A DNA stretch of 64,000 nucleotides from contig MU059546.1 of assembly GCA_013265495.1 (NCBI GenBank), forward strand, positions 496,001-560,000, written 5' to 3'. The translations under genes and the position numbers were made by a program. The notes under the pieces are model-generated. The model was not told the DNA's origin. It worked only from the letters and a program-made list of their open reading frames with translations, and did no database searches. This DNA comes from Vicugna vicugna (lineage: Eukaryota). This document shows, piece by piece, positions 50,801-63,169 of the stretch; positions within the stretch are counted from its first letter, which is position 1; the number at the start of each line of letters is the position of its first letter.

Positions 50801-53692
50801 AAACCTGGGCCAGGCTGAAGACGTCGTCCGTAGGCGCAGTGCCCATGTTGTGCCACTGCGCGCCCTCACCCTGCTCCTCCAGCAGCGCGAGGCTCTCGCA
50901 GCCGAAGCCAAAGGCCACAGGTGACAGAAGGCTCTGCGGGTTGGGGTAGGGAGGTGGCTGGGTCAGCGAGCAAGGGCAACTGGGGGGGTTCAGCACCCCG
51001 GCACCCACCCGGCTCGGCTCTTACCGCGGCGACGCGGCCGCCCACCGGCAGCTGGTCCCGCCAGGCCACGCACAGCACGTAGGGCAGGTAGAGCACGAAG
51101 TAGGCGAGGCCGCCGCAGGCGGCCGCCAGGTTGGCGCGGGAGAAGAAGGCGCTCAGCAAGAAACTCTGGACCACCGTGGCCACGGCGAAAGCCGCCAAGA
51201 ACAGGAAGAGCACAACAGGGTGGCTGTAGGGGAGGATGTCCCCAAGCTGCGGGAGTCAAAGGGAGCTTGAGAGGGTGCTGGGATTGGCCCAGTGACACAC
51301 GACAGCGGGAGGCGCCCCCTGCCTGTTACCCTCCCACGTGCAGCACACACATTCTGGAGCCAGGCAGGCCCGGGTGCGCCCACCTTGAGCACGGCCACGA
51401 GCAACGCGGTGCTGAGAAGGAAGGGCCCGAGGCAGCTGAGGAACCAGCCCAGCCACAGCACAGCGCCACTGAGCCCCATGGCGCGCATCGTGTGGCGCAG
51501 CCGCGTCTCCTTCTCGCACACCACAGCCTTCACAGTCAGCGCCACCGAGTAGATCCAGGCCAGCGTCAGGAAGAGCGGCAGTGAGCGGCTCAGCACTCGC
51601 AGGAACCTGAGGCAGTGGGGCAGCTGGGGTGGAGGCCGAAGACCCCGTGCTGCCCCCATCAAGCACAATGGTTCCCGCCCCAGGGTCCCAAGGTGCAGCC
51701 AGCAAACATTTGCCCTCCCTTATCCTCGGACCCCTAATGGCCCCTCAGTGCTCCAGCTGCCAAGCCACCTTCTCGCTGTGTCCAGAGACCCCAGACCCTT
51801 AGGGATCCCTGCTCCTCCCATTACAGGTCACAGGAAATGGTCCCTCTAAACCAGTAGTTCTCAGCATTGACTGCATGGACATTCCAAAGGGAACACAGGC
51901 CCCACCCTGAGACCCGGGAATCTGGCATCTGGGTGAGTGAGTGAGGATGGGGTGCTCACGCATCATCCACATAGCAAGGGTAGGGCATCTGCTGCAGGTA
52001 GAGGCCGGCGCGGGGCGGGGCGCCGCTGAGCACGTGCACGGCGGCGCGCTCCACCATGTCCTGCAGGTACACGAAGCCGCCCCACACATAGCGCAGGTCT
52101 ATCAGGGGGTCAGCGGCGGGGCCAGGGTCCCAAAACCTGAGGGGAGCATGGTGGTGGGCTGGAGGGAGTGGCTGGGCCCTGCCCATCACACTTTTAGCTC
52201 CACTCTTATATGCCCGCTCAATTAAGCACCTAGCCCCAGCTGCTAGCGGCTCCCATCTTATCCCAGAAGCCAAAGTGTTGACCCCGCCTGCCACGCCCCC
52301 TCACGCATCATAGGCCCCTCCCACCACGGACCCCAGTTGGTCTAAGGAACCTCTGATAGGTGAGAAGCTCTCTGGTATCTCTAGACAATGGAGCCCCCGT
52401 CCTCTTGGCCCTGCCCCACAAGGCCCCCACCTGTCCCTTATCTTATTGGTTCTGGTTACGTCATCGATGTCCATACGGATCTTGATGCGCAAGGGACCAG
52501 GGCCTGGGAACTGCGTGCGGTCCGGGGAGTCCTCCGGCCCCAGGAAGACAATGCCGGCCCAGAAACGGTGCTGGGAGAGCAGTTCCAGGGCCCGCTCCAC
52601 CAGGGCGGCCTCTGAGGGCACAGCCTCCAGCTTGTCCAGGGTCACGCACTGCAGAGGGGCCTGGGTGTGGGTCTGAAGTCCCAGGGTCCTCCCCTGGACC
52701 TTGGGGCCAAGCCGTGCTTCCTGCTCAGAGCCCCAGAGTGGGGCCGACCCCTCCATCGGACCCCCACAGAGGGGCTGCCTCTCCGCTTAGAGATTTCCCC
52801 TACTAGACGGCCCCTCACCTCCATCACGCAGCCCAGCATGCCCACCAGATGTCCCATGTCAGCGTGGGCCTCCTGCCAGCTGTAGCCACCTCTGTGTGGG
52901 TTCAGAAAGGCACGGAGGGCCTCCACCTGGTCCCGGCCTCCAGGTCCTAGCTGCTTCCTTCTTTCGTCCCGGATTTGCAGGAGCTTCTGGGGGGTGTCGT
53001 GGAACGTGGGGGTCTGCATTGGGCATTCAGGGCCATTGCACCTCTTCCCATCCCTGGGGCCTGAGCTCACCATGGACACCACATCCCACCTCCACACTCT
53101 TGCCCATAAGGCCCTGCCCTTTGCCCAAGTCCTCCGCAGGGGGTGATGGGTATGAAGAGGTGGGGGTGAATCTGCCACCCTCCATCCCGGCCCCACCTGC
53201 AGCATGGCGACATTTGCACTGTCATTCATGAAGTTGAAGAGCTGGGGTCCCAGCAGCTCCCACACCTCCTGGACGTCCTTCAACACAGCCAGTTCCTGGA
53301 AGGTTCGGTTCACCTGTAGGAGGTGGGCGCTGAGGTCCATGCCGGCCTCGCCTGTTCATTGACACTTCCCTCCTCTGAGGACCCCTGCCCACCTCTCCCG
53401 CTCCCTCCACTCTGCTCCATCCCGTGCCTCTGAGCCCTAGCTCACGCCCATCCCTCTCCGCCCAGGGTAGGGGGGGGCTCTCTCCCCTGGGCTGAGGCAG
53501 AGATCAGGGGCCCCTCCCACCCTCACCTGGGCCATGAGCTGCCGGGTGAAGGGCGTATCAGGAGCAAACAGTACTTTCCCCAGGACCAGTGGCTTCAGGC
53601 GCCTCCAGAGCAGGCGGGACATGGGGTGGGTGTCCAGGGCCCCCATCAGCTTATTGCACGTGGAGCCTGGGGCGGGACACCATGAGGTCCTG

Positions 53693-53745
<53 letters not shown>

Positions 53746-55624
53746 CCCAGACTGGGAAACCAAGGTGGTCACTCACTCAGGCTGTCAACAGGTAGGGCCC
53801 TTGCCGGCTTCTGTCCCATGAGCTCCTTCAGGTCACTGGCCTCATACCAGTTGAGGGAGGGCCCCCCCGGTTTGCTAGGCCCCCTGGCACTGCAGAGGGC
53901 CTCTGACACCACTTCCAGGGGTCCAGTGGTCCTCTGGGGTCTCTGCAGCAGCACCTGCAGCTCCACCAGGCTGGGCAGCTCCAGGACCTGGAGGTGGGTC
54001 ACCAGAGGGTCCTGGCTGTCTTCGCTTCCACGTGGCTCCCCTACCACGCCTTCACCAGGGCAAGGGACTCTGCCGGAAGAACCCTCTCCCTCTCTTTCTG
54101 CTTGTGTTTCCCCAAACCTACAGAGGGTAGGTGCATGGGGCTGCCCACCGTCCGGGCGGCCACAGTTCCAGTTTCCTGGCTGGGGTCGAGGATGCATAGG
54201 CCTCTTACCTCCTGGGCCAGGTCCTCTGCTGCCTCCACAAAGCTGCCCATGGACTCCGGGGCTTGGCCCAGCACAGACCCCAGGGATTCCTGGAGAGAAA
54301 GATGACAAGGAGTCAACGACATTCAGTGACATCTCACAAGGAGAGGCTTAGCCAAGTTTCCACGGGGTCAGTACTTTCAGAGACCCCATTTTACAAACAG
54401 GGAAACTGAGGCTCTAAGAAGCACATGATCTGTTCAAGGTCTCAGAGCTGGAGTCTTCACCAGCATGCCAGACGTGGCTTGTCTGGGCACGGATCGGACA
54501 AGGAACATCACACTGGGCACCAGGGACAGTCCAGGACAAGGCCTGAAGGCTGGAATCAGAGGTCCCAGAAGGAGGTGCCTGGTCCAGGACGGGCAGCGCC
54601 GAGGCCCCATGAGAGCAGCGTCCCACCCCACCTCACCCCTCGCAGCAGTGTCCTCAGCAGCTCAGTGGCCAGGGGTGGTCCCTCCTTGGGCTGGTCACTC
54701 GGCTGAGGCCAGGCTGAGGGAGTAAGGCACAGAAGCAGAGGGTTAGGGAAGCTTAACCTGAGACCCACCCCCAACCTGCTGCCTGTTTCACAATCAGGCG
54801 GAGGCTCAGTGCTCAGCCCTGCCTGCCCCCAGGCTCCTGCCTTCTCACCTGCCCTAGCTCGGTGAGCTGCCCTCAGCATGGGCATGAGCTTCCTCAGGCT
54901 GGCCAGCATCCTTTGGGCACTGGGGCCCCCCAGGACACTATGGGCATCTGCCAGGAAGCGGGAGACCCTGGGGACAGAGAGAGAGAGCGGGAGGCGGTGG
55001 CCAATGGGCACCCCCTCACCCCGCCGCTCCCACAGCATCTTACTTACAGGGAATCCTTGAAGTTGCTGACGACTCCAGGCTCCTCTCCAGGCGTGGGCCA
55101 CGGGAAGCAGGTGTTGTTCACGTTGCAGATGAGGCCCTGGAGCCAAGGAATGGTGCCCGCTGAAGGCAGCGGCTTGTTGGGGAAGTGGCCTGTGGGGACA
55201 CCGGATGTTGGGGCTCCTGTCCGAGTCCCCATCGTGATTACGCCCCCCGCGACAGAGCGCTCACTCTCAGCCATTATTTGAGTGCCTGATCTGTGCTCCT
55301 AACGCTCACTGGGGGCCCTGTGGATAGGGTGACCATTGCCCCCTGCCTCCCAAAGTGCTGGACGCTGCGGGGGCTTACATTCATGCTGCTCGAGTGGGGG
55401 GTGGGAATGGCGTACGGCCACCAGGATGAAGAAGAGAAAGAGAGGCCACATCAACTCCACCAAGAGCTGGATCTGCGGGGGCAGAACAGGCGGGAGGAGT
55501 GGGGGGCTGTGGCGGGCGCCCTGGCCGCCCCGCCCTGGTTCACCCGACGGGGCTTTACCGGCTGTCTCCTGCGATACAGTAAATTCTTCCAAAGCAGCAG
55601 CATCAGCTGCGTCCAGAAGACCAT
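38899..55624 (-). CDS. ABCA7: ATP-binding cassette transporter A7; carries an in-frame TAG at 47368-47370 and an unresolved donor near 47576/47564. complement(join(38899..39042,39139..39379,39875..39967,40297..40400,40477..40611,41265..41406,41656..41762,42728..42790,42865..42985,43059..43188,43680..43803,43898..44042,44334..44449,44675..44852,45209..45378,45464..45641,45758..45790,46013..46300,46501..46587,46673..46797,47025..47179,47274..47375,47564..47624,47880..48082,48420..48483,48567..48751,48937..49074,49282..49421,49524..49655,49936..50107,50328..50438,50732..50933,51025..51246,51384..51606,51960..52136,52431..52648,52819..52986,53197..53313,53527..53666,53777..53987,54209..54289,54637..54713,54849..54967,55048..55189,55379..55472,55559..55624))
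   Basis: 46 coding exons, about 2147 aa. Starts [14 protein letters not shown]. Walker A motifs GHNGAGKT (49944-49967) and GVNGAGKT; Walker B/D-loop ILDEPTAG and FLDEPTTG; H-loops STHH and TSHS. Gene identity is secure; whether it is functional is not (see findings). Confidence 0.95.
42060..42690 (+). repeat. Degenerate array of the CACAGTAGGTGCTCAATAAA motif (L2/MIR tail-like)
   Basis: At least 8 recognisable copies, at about 42064, 42258, 42400, 42503, 42532, 42589, 42619 and 42676. Confidence 0.65.
43273..43404 (-). mobile_element. tRNA-Ala-derived SINE
   Basis: Minus strand reads GGGGAGGGTACAGCTCAGTGGTA...GGGTTCAATTCC...AAATAAATAAACCTAATT plus an A-rich tail. TTGGGTTCTT is repeated at 43263 and 43411. 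Confidence 0.85.
53693..53742. repeat. Compound microsatellite (CT)9(CA)16
   Basis: Read directly; lies inside the 110-nt ABCA7 intron 53667-53776. Confidence 0.95.
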
Positions 55625-56532
55625 GGTGGAAATGGACGGGAGACAGGACGCAGAGGTCAGGCTGAGGACCTGCTGTGTGGCTGCGGGCAACTCCCTGTCC
55701 CTCTCTGAACCTCATCATCTATTTCATTGCGCAGGGTTCCTGGAAGCTCTGCTTAGAGCCAAGAAAACAGTAGGCACTTATTAAAGCGGCTCCCCTCTCC
55801 CGGTGTAGTAAGCCAATGGGAGCCCTGCCCGAAGCTGTCCTCGGATCTGATTGGTTTTTGGGGCTGTCGCTCCTTCCAGGGCTATCGGAGGCGTCCTAAA
55901 GGCGCTCAATTAATCCTGCAGGGGGGCGGAGCCTCAGCTTAACTCTTTCATCACCAGGTTCCCCCGAAGCCCCACTTGGAGGTCTCCAGGTCCTGTCCCC
56001 CAGCCATGTCCCTAACCCGGGGGAAAGTTCCCTTTACCCCGGCTCTTCCCCAATGATACTAGCAACCAGTATACACTGTGCTGGACATTTTACACTACTG
56101 ACTGGAAGAGGGGCCACCCCAGGCCCCTAGAGAGTCAGGCCGAGTCACTCAGCCAGAGGCAGGACCCCAGCTCTGCCCACCCTCATGTATTATTCATTGT
56201 TCAGAAAAATCACAAGATCCTGAAAATGAGTGAGTGGAAGGGGCAGCGAATGAAGACTCCTGGAACCAGCGATTCCTGATACTGTCCTTACTTGGAACTG
56301 TCCAGCCTGGCCTACTTCATCACCGTACAGATGGCGAAGCTGAGGCCGCCAGTAGGGCACAGAGTGGACCCAGGACCCTCGGCCCCCACTCCAGGACTCT
56401 CCTTTACAAATGGGACCTGGGGGAGAGGCCTCAGTTACTCTACTTGTAAAATGAGGCAAAGAGTTTAGGGAAGAGGGACTGCAGGTGTGTGTGAGGGAGG
56501 CGGGGAACTAGGGACCTGAAATTGCACTCATT

Positions 56533-57017
56533 CGTTGCCTAGAGAAGTCTTTAAAAGTTTAAATTTAACTTAGGAGATACTTTTGCTTGAGTAATGTTAA
56601 AGTTATCCTAAGGGAACAGAGAGCCCCAACTGATCTAATCTTATCTGACCACAATGTTTGAGGGTCCCGCCTGCTTAATCTTGTTTTCGCAAAGTGCTCT
56701 GCTGCACAGAGCAGAAGGAGTCAGGGGAATGAGCGGAGGAATGAGAGCGAAAAGGGCAGCCAACGGGAAGAAGCCACAAAGAGGAACAGATAAAAGGACC
56801 CAGCTGAGACCCCCAAGGGCGGCAGTTCCTGGTCAAGCCACCCGGGCTTATGGCTCCCCCGCTCCCCGCTCCAGGGCCTTTTCTTCTTCCCCTTAAGCAA
56901 TAAAACAGCTTTCACTCTGTCCCTCTGCCTGTGCTGCGAATCCTTTCCAGCCAGCAGGCAAGAACCCACCTATCTGTGAGACCCCCATTCTAAAGGGGGG
57001 TCTCCCATCCGCTAACG
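56533..57017 (+). mobile_element. Probable solo ERV LTR in the ABCA7 5' region
   Basis: TATA-like GATAAAA at 56789, AATAAA at 56899 and U5-like text in LTR order. The termini are degenerate and I found no TSD. Confidence 0.5.
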
Positions 57018-57279
57018 TATGTTGGCAAAGCGCCTCTCAGGGGAGTCTAATGCCCAACCTTCCCCTCGAGAATGAGTGGTCAGTTCTGCGGTCCCCGACA
57101 CTCCCTGGCAAGGAGTGAAAGTGAGAGTCTGGACTCCGCCCGCATCCCTTAATGCCCAGGGAATCTACCTTTTTCCCAACCATCCGTACCCCCGCATCCT
57201 TCCTTGAGAGTCTCAGGGCCATCCTCTCTCTCTGGGAAGCTCTCACCGTTCCAGCCCCCAGCTCTTGCCGCCTTCCCTC

Positions 57280-57620
57280 CACCCGACAGCGGCCAGGGAG
57301 CGTGGCTCCCTTAAGAGCAGCCCCACCTCCCCCCTACTCCAGAGGGAGAGGGGTCCCTGCAGCGAGCTGTACCTGTGGACCCGCGCGCGCTGCCGCTCCC
57401 GGCCCGGCCCGCCTAGTCCATCCCCATTGGCTGTCCTACCCGCCACTCAGAGGCCGGGCCAGCCAGGGCCGCGCGCGCTGAGGGTGGAGGCGGGGTCACA
57501 GCGGAGACACGCTGAGCCGGGTTTCTTAAAGGGCTGGGAAGGCGCTCCTCTTGCTGCCGCACCGCGAGGAGGCGGGGCGCTCGGCTCAACCCCTTCCGGC
57601 TGGGCTCCGGACACACGGGC
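57280..57620 (-). promoter_or_regulatory. ABCA7: Candidate ABCA7 CpG-rich promoter / non-coding exon 1 region
   Basis: CpG cluster with CCAAT (57426-57430, minus strand) and GC boxes, about 1.8 kb upstream of the ATG exon. The TSS cannot be located from sequence alone. Confidence 0.5.
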
Positions 57621-58426
57621 CCGGCTGTCTTCCCATGTTTCACAGCTACCTGCAATACCGCAGCTCCTGGTCACAGGAGGTCCCTTTCTCCCCACTTTCC
57701 CCTGGGGGACGCAGTCCTAACCAGACTCGCTCTAATACCCTGGGGCTCCACTTGCGCATCCAGGAAACGGGGGTTCGGAGAGTCTTCGTTCTTTCACTCA
57801 TTCATTCATTCCACAAACATTCCTCGGACCCTACAGTGGGCCAGGTGACGGCAGAAGAGGGAGGGGACGCCAACATTCTAAGATTACAGTTGGGTCATAA
57901 TGGTCACCCTGATTTTGAAGAAGACCTCCAGATCAGTTTCTCCCTCTGGAATATTGGGTATATTTCACAAGATCATGATGAAGTTGAAACAAGTGTGTGG
58001 ATCGACAGGTCTTAAGGCGCTGGGAAGGGTGAGAGGTGTAGGAAGGGCTCCGTGGAAGGAGGTGGTTTTGGTGCTGGGGCTTTGAGGATGAGTTTGCCAG
58101 GGAGGGCACTCCAGGTGGAGACTATACCAGGCTGGATGAAGCCCAGCTGTCTACCTGGGGCTGGGGGATAGGGGCGAGGCTTCCAACTTCTCCCCCTCGA
58201 CCCCAGGCCTTGATCCTCAAATCCCCATATCCAACTCTCCTGTGCCCCGGGCCTCAGCTGCTACCCCTCCCAGGGAGGCGGTCCTGAGGACCTCCACAGA
58301 GGTTTGCCTTTCGCCCCACCCCCAGGCCCCCATGGCTCCGGAAGGGATCAGAGGCCAGCTTGGCCCGCCCCATCCCCAGGCTGTCTTGGACACCGACTCC
58401 AGCACCTTCATTTCCTAAAAAGAGGC

Positions 58427-58432
58427 TTTATT
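58427..58432 (-). terminator. CNN2: CNN2 polyA signal AATAAA
   Basis: TTTATT on + strand, about 635 nt after the stop codon. Confidence 0.65.
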
Positions 58433-59065
58433 TCCTTTGGTCCACAGTCGGTATTTCACATTATTTCTTGGTCCCAGGGCTCCTGGGCAGGGGCTGGTCC
58501 CTAGGAGGGCCTCCGGGTGGAGGTACCTGTGCAGCACTTGGTAGGGGAGTAAGGACGAGTTGGGGCGGCGTCTGGCTTTGCCTCAAACTTTCAGAGCTCA
58601 CTGTCATGTCTGGGCCTCGGTGTCCCCACGGGCCCCTGGGAGGGGCCAGCGTTGCTGGCCTGAGGGTCCTAGGGAAATTCAGTACTTTATGAGGCTTAAA
58701 ATATTTGGGGACTGTGGCCTGGCCTTCTCCTAGGGAACTTACTTCCTTCAGCACCCTCCACCATCCCCCACACTGTTCCCCTGAAAAAAAAAAGTACTTT
58801 CAAAACCGCCTGAAACTTTTATGGGTACAGAAACCACAAACTGATCAGCAGAGAAAAAAGAAGAGGGGAAGAAGTAACCGGAAACCATTTGGGGCCTGAA
58901 CCCCTTGGAGCCGGGGTTTCTTCCCCTCGGCAGCTGCCTGGCCCAAAGCCTGCTGGGAAACTGCTGCCCGGAGCACTCAGACATGTAGGAAAACAAGACA
59001 AAAACAGAAAAACCCGAAAACCCAGATGGGGCAACAGATGTGAGGAGATAGCCCGCCTGGGCACC

Positions 59066-62000
59066 TCAGTAGCCTGCCTCCTCCTGGTAGTAGGAGGGGT
59101 ACTCTGGGGCCTCCCCTGGGCCAGGGCAGTCACCGGCAGCCCCTGGAGCGCCATCGGCTGCTGGGCCTTGTGGGCAGTACTTGGGGTCGTATATCTGTCG
59201 GCCCAGGCCGAACACCTGGCCGCTCTGGTTGGCGCCCTGTGTGTAGCCCATCTGCAGGGACATGGAGGAATTGTCACATTTGTCTGTCCCCAGCTTGGTG
59301 TCATAGATGTGCCGCCGGGTCCCTGGAGCCGTCATGCCCACCTGGAGAGGGAGGAGAGGCATTAAGGAAGAAGAGGGGGAAACAGAGGCCCCGAAGGAGA
59401 ACTTCCCCCAAATTCCCACATCATTTCCCACCTCCCCGTATTTGCATTCACGGTGGAGACTACTACAGACCCTCCCAAGCCCTGGTCAGAACCCTCTCTT
59501 TTCTGACTCTGTGCTGAGTTGATCTCAATTACCAGTGACCCCCCCCTCCCTAAGGACCACAGTGTTTGGGCCCAGCTGTCCCTGCCAGCTAGGAGGCTGC
59601 TCAGGCTGGGGCTCAGGTCTTCCGGAGGCCATCAGTGATACTCAGTGATACACAGGAGGAAAAGTGACACTCGCAGGATCTAAACATATCAGAGTTGGAC
59701 GGGCTTTCAGGCAAAACCTTCAGGGAACCTGAGGCACGGAGCTGGGTAGTAACATCGCCAGGGACACACAGCAAGCTGAGGCAGAGACAGAGCAGGCAAG
59801 GGCACAGTGGGTAGGAGGGAAACCCAGAGTGGGGTTTTTCGCAACAGGGATGAGCCCTCGGAGTCTGGCGAGGAGGGGAGGCAGGTGGAGGTCTGGCGGG
59901 ACTGGGCGCAGCCCACCTGGCTGGCACACTTGTTCGTGCCCATCTGGAGGCTGATGGTTGAGTGGTCCATGGGTGGCAGGATATGGTTCTTGGGGTCGTA
60001 CAGATGCCTCCTGGTGCCGTAAGCCGTCATGCCCGACTGGCTGGCACATTTGTTGGTGCCCATCTGCAGGGAGGCAGGTGGGAGAGGTCAGATGGTCCCC
60101 GCCAGGCCACTAGACCCTGCCCCGAGCTTGAGGGGCTGCCGGGCTGCACAGGGCCTAGGTTGCACCAGAAGCCTGCCCACCAGGGGCCCCAGGGTGGAGC
60201 AGCCCGGCGCCCACCTGCAGCCCGATGACGCACTGGCCCGCCTTCATGGTGGCATCGTCGAAGTTCCGTTCCTGTTTCTCCGAGTATTTGACACCAATGT
60301 CTACACCACTCTGCAGCCCCTTTGTCTTAGCCTGCAGGGGAGGGGGACAGGAGTATCAGGGTGGGGCAGCCCGGTCCCTCAAGCCAGGTGCATGGTGTAT
60401 GAGCCCAGGCGAGGCCTAGGGGCTGGGCTGCAACCTGCCCCCTGCACCTGCCACCCAACCCCTTGGGCACCTCAGACTCAGCAGGTCCTGTGGCTCCCAC
60501 CTCCCCTCCCACGGCCATAGCGGCCCCAGCCTTCCAATTGCTCAGGCTAAGAATTTGGGGTCATCCTTGCCGCCTGTGTCTCTTACCTTTCTTCTGCCCT
60601 TCCCTGGCCACCCGTCCTGGCCTTGGGCACCGTCTCGCCGAAGGCCTGCCCTGGCTCCTCCCCGGTCTCTGCATCTCCACCGCCCACGGGGCAGCTACCA
60701 GAGGTTCCCAGAAACACTATTTGGAACCCAGTTCCCTGATGTGCAAACCTCCTCCTCAAGCCCGTGGCAGTTCCCTCCTCCTGAAGCACTGCTCTAACCC
60801 ACCCTGGTCACCAGACCCTGGTGCAAGCGTAACACTTGCTTCTCATAATGTATAATTTGTAAAACAAAGTTATTTGAAGCCCAAACCCTCATGTGGACTC
60901 TGGGAAATCATGAGGTGTCCAAGGAGGCTCATGGACTGTAACCAAGGTGGGGAGACCATGCCTGAGCAGGGCGGGGGTGGGGGCAGCTGGGAAGTCTCTG
61001 GACCTTCCAGTCAGTTTTGTTGTGAACCTAAAAATGCTCTAACATATGAGGGATTTTTTAATAAAAAAAATTTGTAGGGGGAGGGTATAGCTCAGTGGTA
61101 GAGCGCACGCTTAGCATGCACGAGGTCCTGGGTTCAATCCCCAGTATTTCCATTAAATAAATAAATAAACCTAATTACCCCCCCCACCAAAAAAAAAAAT
61201 TTTGTTCATGACCTGCCCAGAAAGGGGTGGACTGTGTCTACCTTGGTCACCCTCGAATCCAAAGTGTCTGGTGCCTTGTGGGTGCCCAAAAATCTTTCCA
61301 AAGTAAGAAATTAAGAGCATCTGTGGATCTCCGCCTGGCTTGCTGTGTGACTTTGGGCAGGTGGCTACCCCTCTCTGGGCCTCACCTTCCCAGCCAGGGC
61401 AAGAAGAGACACCTGCACCTGTGTCAGGTTCCCACTCTCAAACAGGTCGTTGGCCTCGAACAGATCCACGGGGTTCATGCCGTAGCTGACCATGGCCTTG
61501 ATGAAGTTGGAGAGGTTTTCTAGCTGGGAGGAGGCAGGAGAAGAGGGCGGTGAGGGGCCTCAGTCTGCCCACCTGTCAGGTGGGGCCCCCCAGCCCTGTC
61601 CTTGCTCCACCCGCCAGTCCCTCACCTGGTGCCAGTTCTGCATGGAGCGGTTGATCTTGGGGACTGAGCCTGGTTGCAGCTTATTCATGAGTCTGTGGGG
61701 GACACATGGGTGGGGGGACACGGGAACTTCCATCAGGGTTGGGGAACCACAGAGACCCAAGAGACTAATTCATGCCTTCCTGGCCAATCTCACTGCCTCT
61801 CTCTGGGCCTCAGTTTCCCCCCGCTGCAATCTAGTCTTCACCACCAAAGAAACAAAGGTGCCAAAGAGTGACAACCACCCAGGATGCAGCAAAGAGAGGC
61901 CTCCAGTCATGTTAGAGGCTCTCTTGAGAAAGGACAGGGGTAAGGATGCTCCCCATTAGTGATCCTGGACAAAGCAGTAACACAAGAAAAAGGAAGGGTG

Positions 62001-62237
62001 AGAAAGACCGGAGACTCTTGAAGGAAAAGCAAGAAGGTGTCACACAGCACGTGGAGCATGACCTCACTGTGCACAGCAGTCAGGGTGATGAGCACATGCA
62101 GACACACACACTCACGTGCATAAGATAAGCCCGTCCTTCAAACCCTTTTGGAAGTCGGGGCCTATGGAGAGGCCGGTGAGTCCCTCAATCCAGCTGCGGA
62201 GTTCCGCCTCCTTCTGAGGGTCATACTTGGACAGGAG
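59066..62237 (-). CDS. CNN2: Calponin 2, exons 2-7 (exon 1 lies beyond the window). complement(join(59066..59341,59917..60063,60215..60331,61386..61523,61626..61692,62116..62237))
   Basis: CH domain ([33 protein letters not shown]), three calponin repeats ([13 protein letters not shown] and related), acidic tail ending YYQEEAGY*. 867 nt in the window, phases consistent. Confidence 0.97.
61077..61200 (+). mobile_element. Young tRNA-Ala-derived SINE (camelid-type)
   Basis: Box A TAGCTCAGTGG at 61088, box B GGTTCAATCC at 61131, AAATAAATAAACCTAATT tail and polyA; near-TSD aaaaaaaattt(t)gt on both sides. Confidence 0.88.
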
Positions 62238-62569
62238 CTGGCGGGGCAGAGGGCACAGGGTTGGAGTAAACACACACCCAGCTGTTGCCTCATGAAGCTT
62301 CTGATGGGGTGGTGCCCATGGCTCCAGGTGAAGAAGAGACAGTGGGGCCTGGAAGTCCCCATACCACCCGAGCACACAACTCCCCTTTCCCATCAGCACA
62401 GATAAACCGCTCCGTATGTCCCACTGATCAACATCGGGGATAATCTAGTTCCAGTGGTGCCAAACCCCACACAGCAGCCAACACAAACCGTAAAGGATTT
62501 GCACCCCCCCTCCGCCATCTCCCTAATCTCCAGGCACTAGAGACACCGGCCCTTCTCTGTTTTGGTCTT

Positions 62570-63140
62570 TAAACTGTGGTAAGATACACACAACACGCAC
62601 CACTTCAAGGTTCATAATTCAATGGCATTTAGTACATTCAGTGTTGTGCAACCATCACCTCTATCTAGTTGCAGAACATTCTGTCAATCCAAAAGGAAGC
62701 CCATCCCCATTAGCTGTCACCTCCCACTGCTCCTCCTCCCCAGCCCCTGACAACCAAGAATCCACTGTGTCTGTGGACTGGCTTGTTCTGGACGTTTCAC
62801 ATCCACGGAGTCACACACGGTGTGTCCTTCTGTGTCTGCTTCTCGCACTGAGCATCGTGCTCTCAGGGTCTGTCCACGTGGGAGCGAGTGTCAGTACTTC
62901 TCTCCTGTTCACGGCCGAGTGATGTTTTGTGTGTGGAGGGACACACTGTGTTTATCCCTTCACCCAGTGATGGGTATTTTGGTTGGTTCCACCTTTTGGC
63001 TGTTGTGAATCACGCTTCTGTGAACATCCATTTACAAGTTTTGTCTGAACACCTGTTTTCAATTCTTTTGGGTCTATACCTGGGAGTAGGATTGCTGAGC
63101 CAAGTGATCATTCTATGTTTAACTTACTAAGGAAACACCA
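62570..63140 (-). mobile_element. L1M 3' fragment in CNN2 intron 1
   Basis: caattcaatggcatttagtacattca...gttgtgcaaccatcacc...ctatacctgggagtaggattgctgagcc. Confidence 0.7.
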
Positions 63141-63169
63141 AACCTTTCTCTGCTCCTTGAACTGGCCAT

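Noticed and set aside
54637-54967. Intron sliding between ABCA7 exons of 119 and 77 nt (recalled human 113 and 83)
   Set aside because: Compensating indels in a variable loop explain it equally well; cannot be resolved without an alignment.
38899-55624. Calling ABCA7 a definite pseudogene
   Set aside because: Only one localised pair of lesions; all other exons, phases and Walker motifs are intact, and in-frame rescue routes exist. Needs RNA and read data.
61077-61152. Functional tRNA-Ala(AGC) gene
   Set aside because: The anticodon stem is mismatched (CACGC/GCACG), there is an extra 5' segment, an A-rich tail and a TSD, and there are related decayed copies. It is a SINE.
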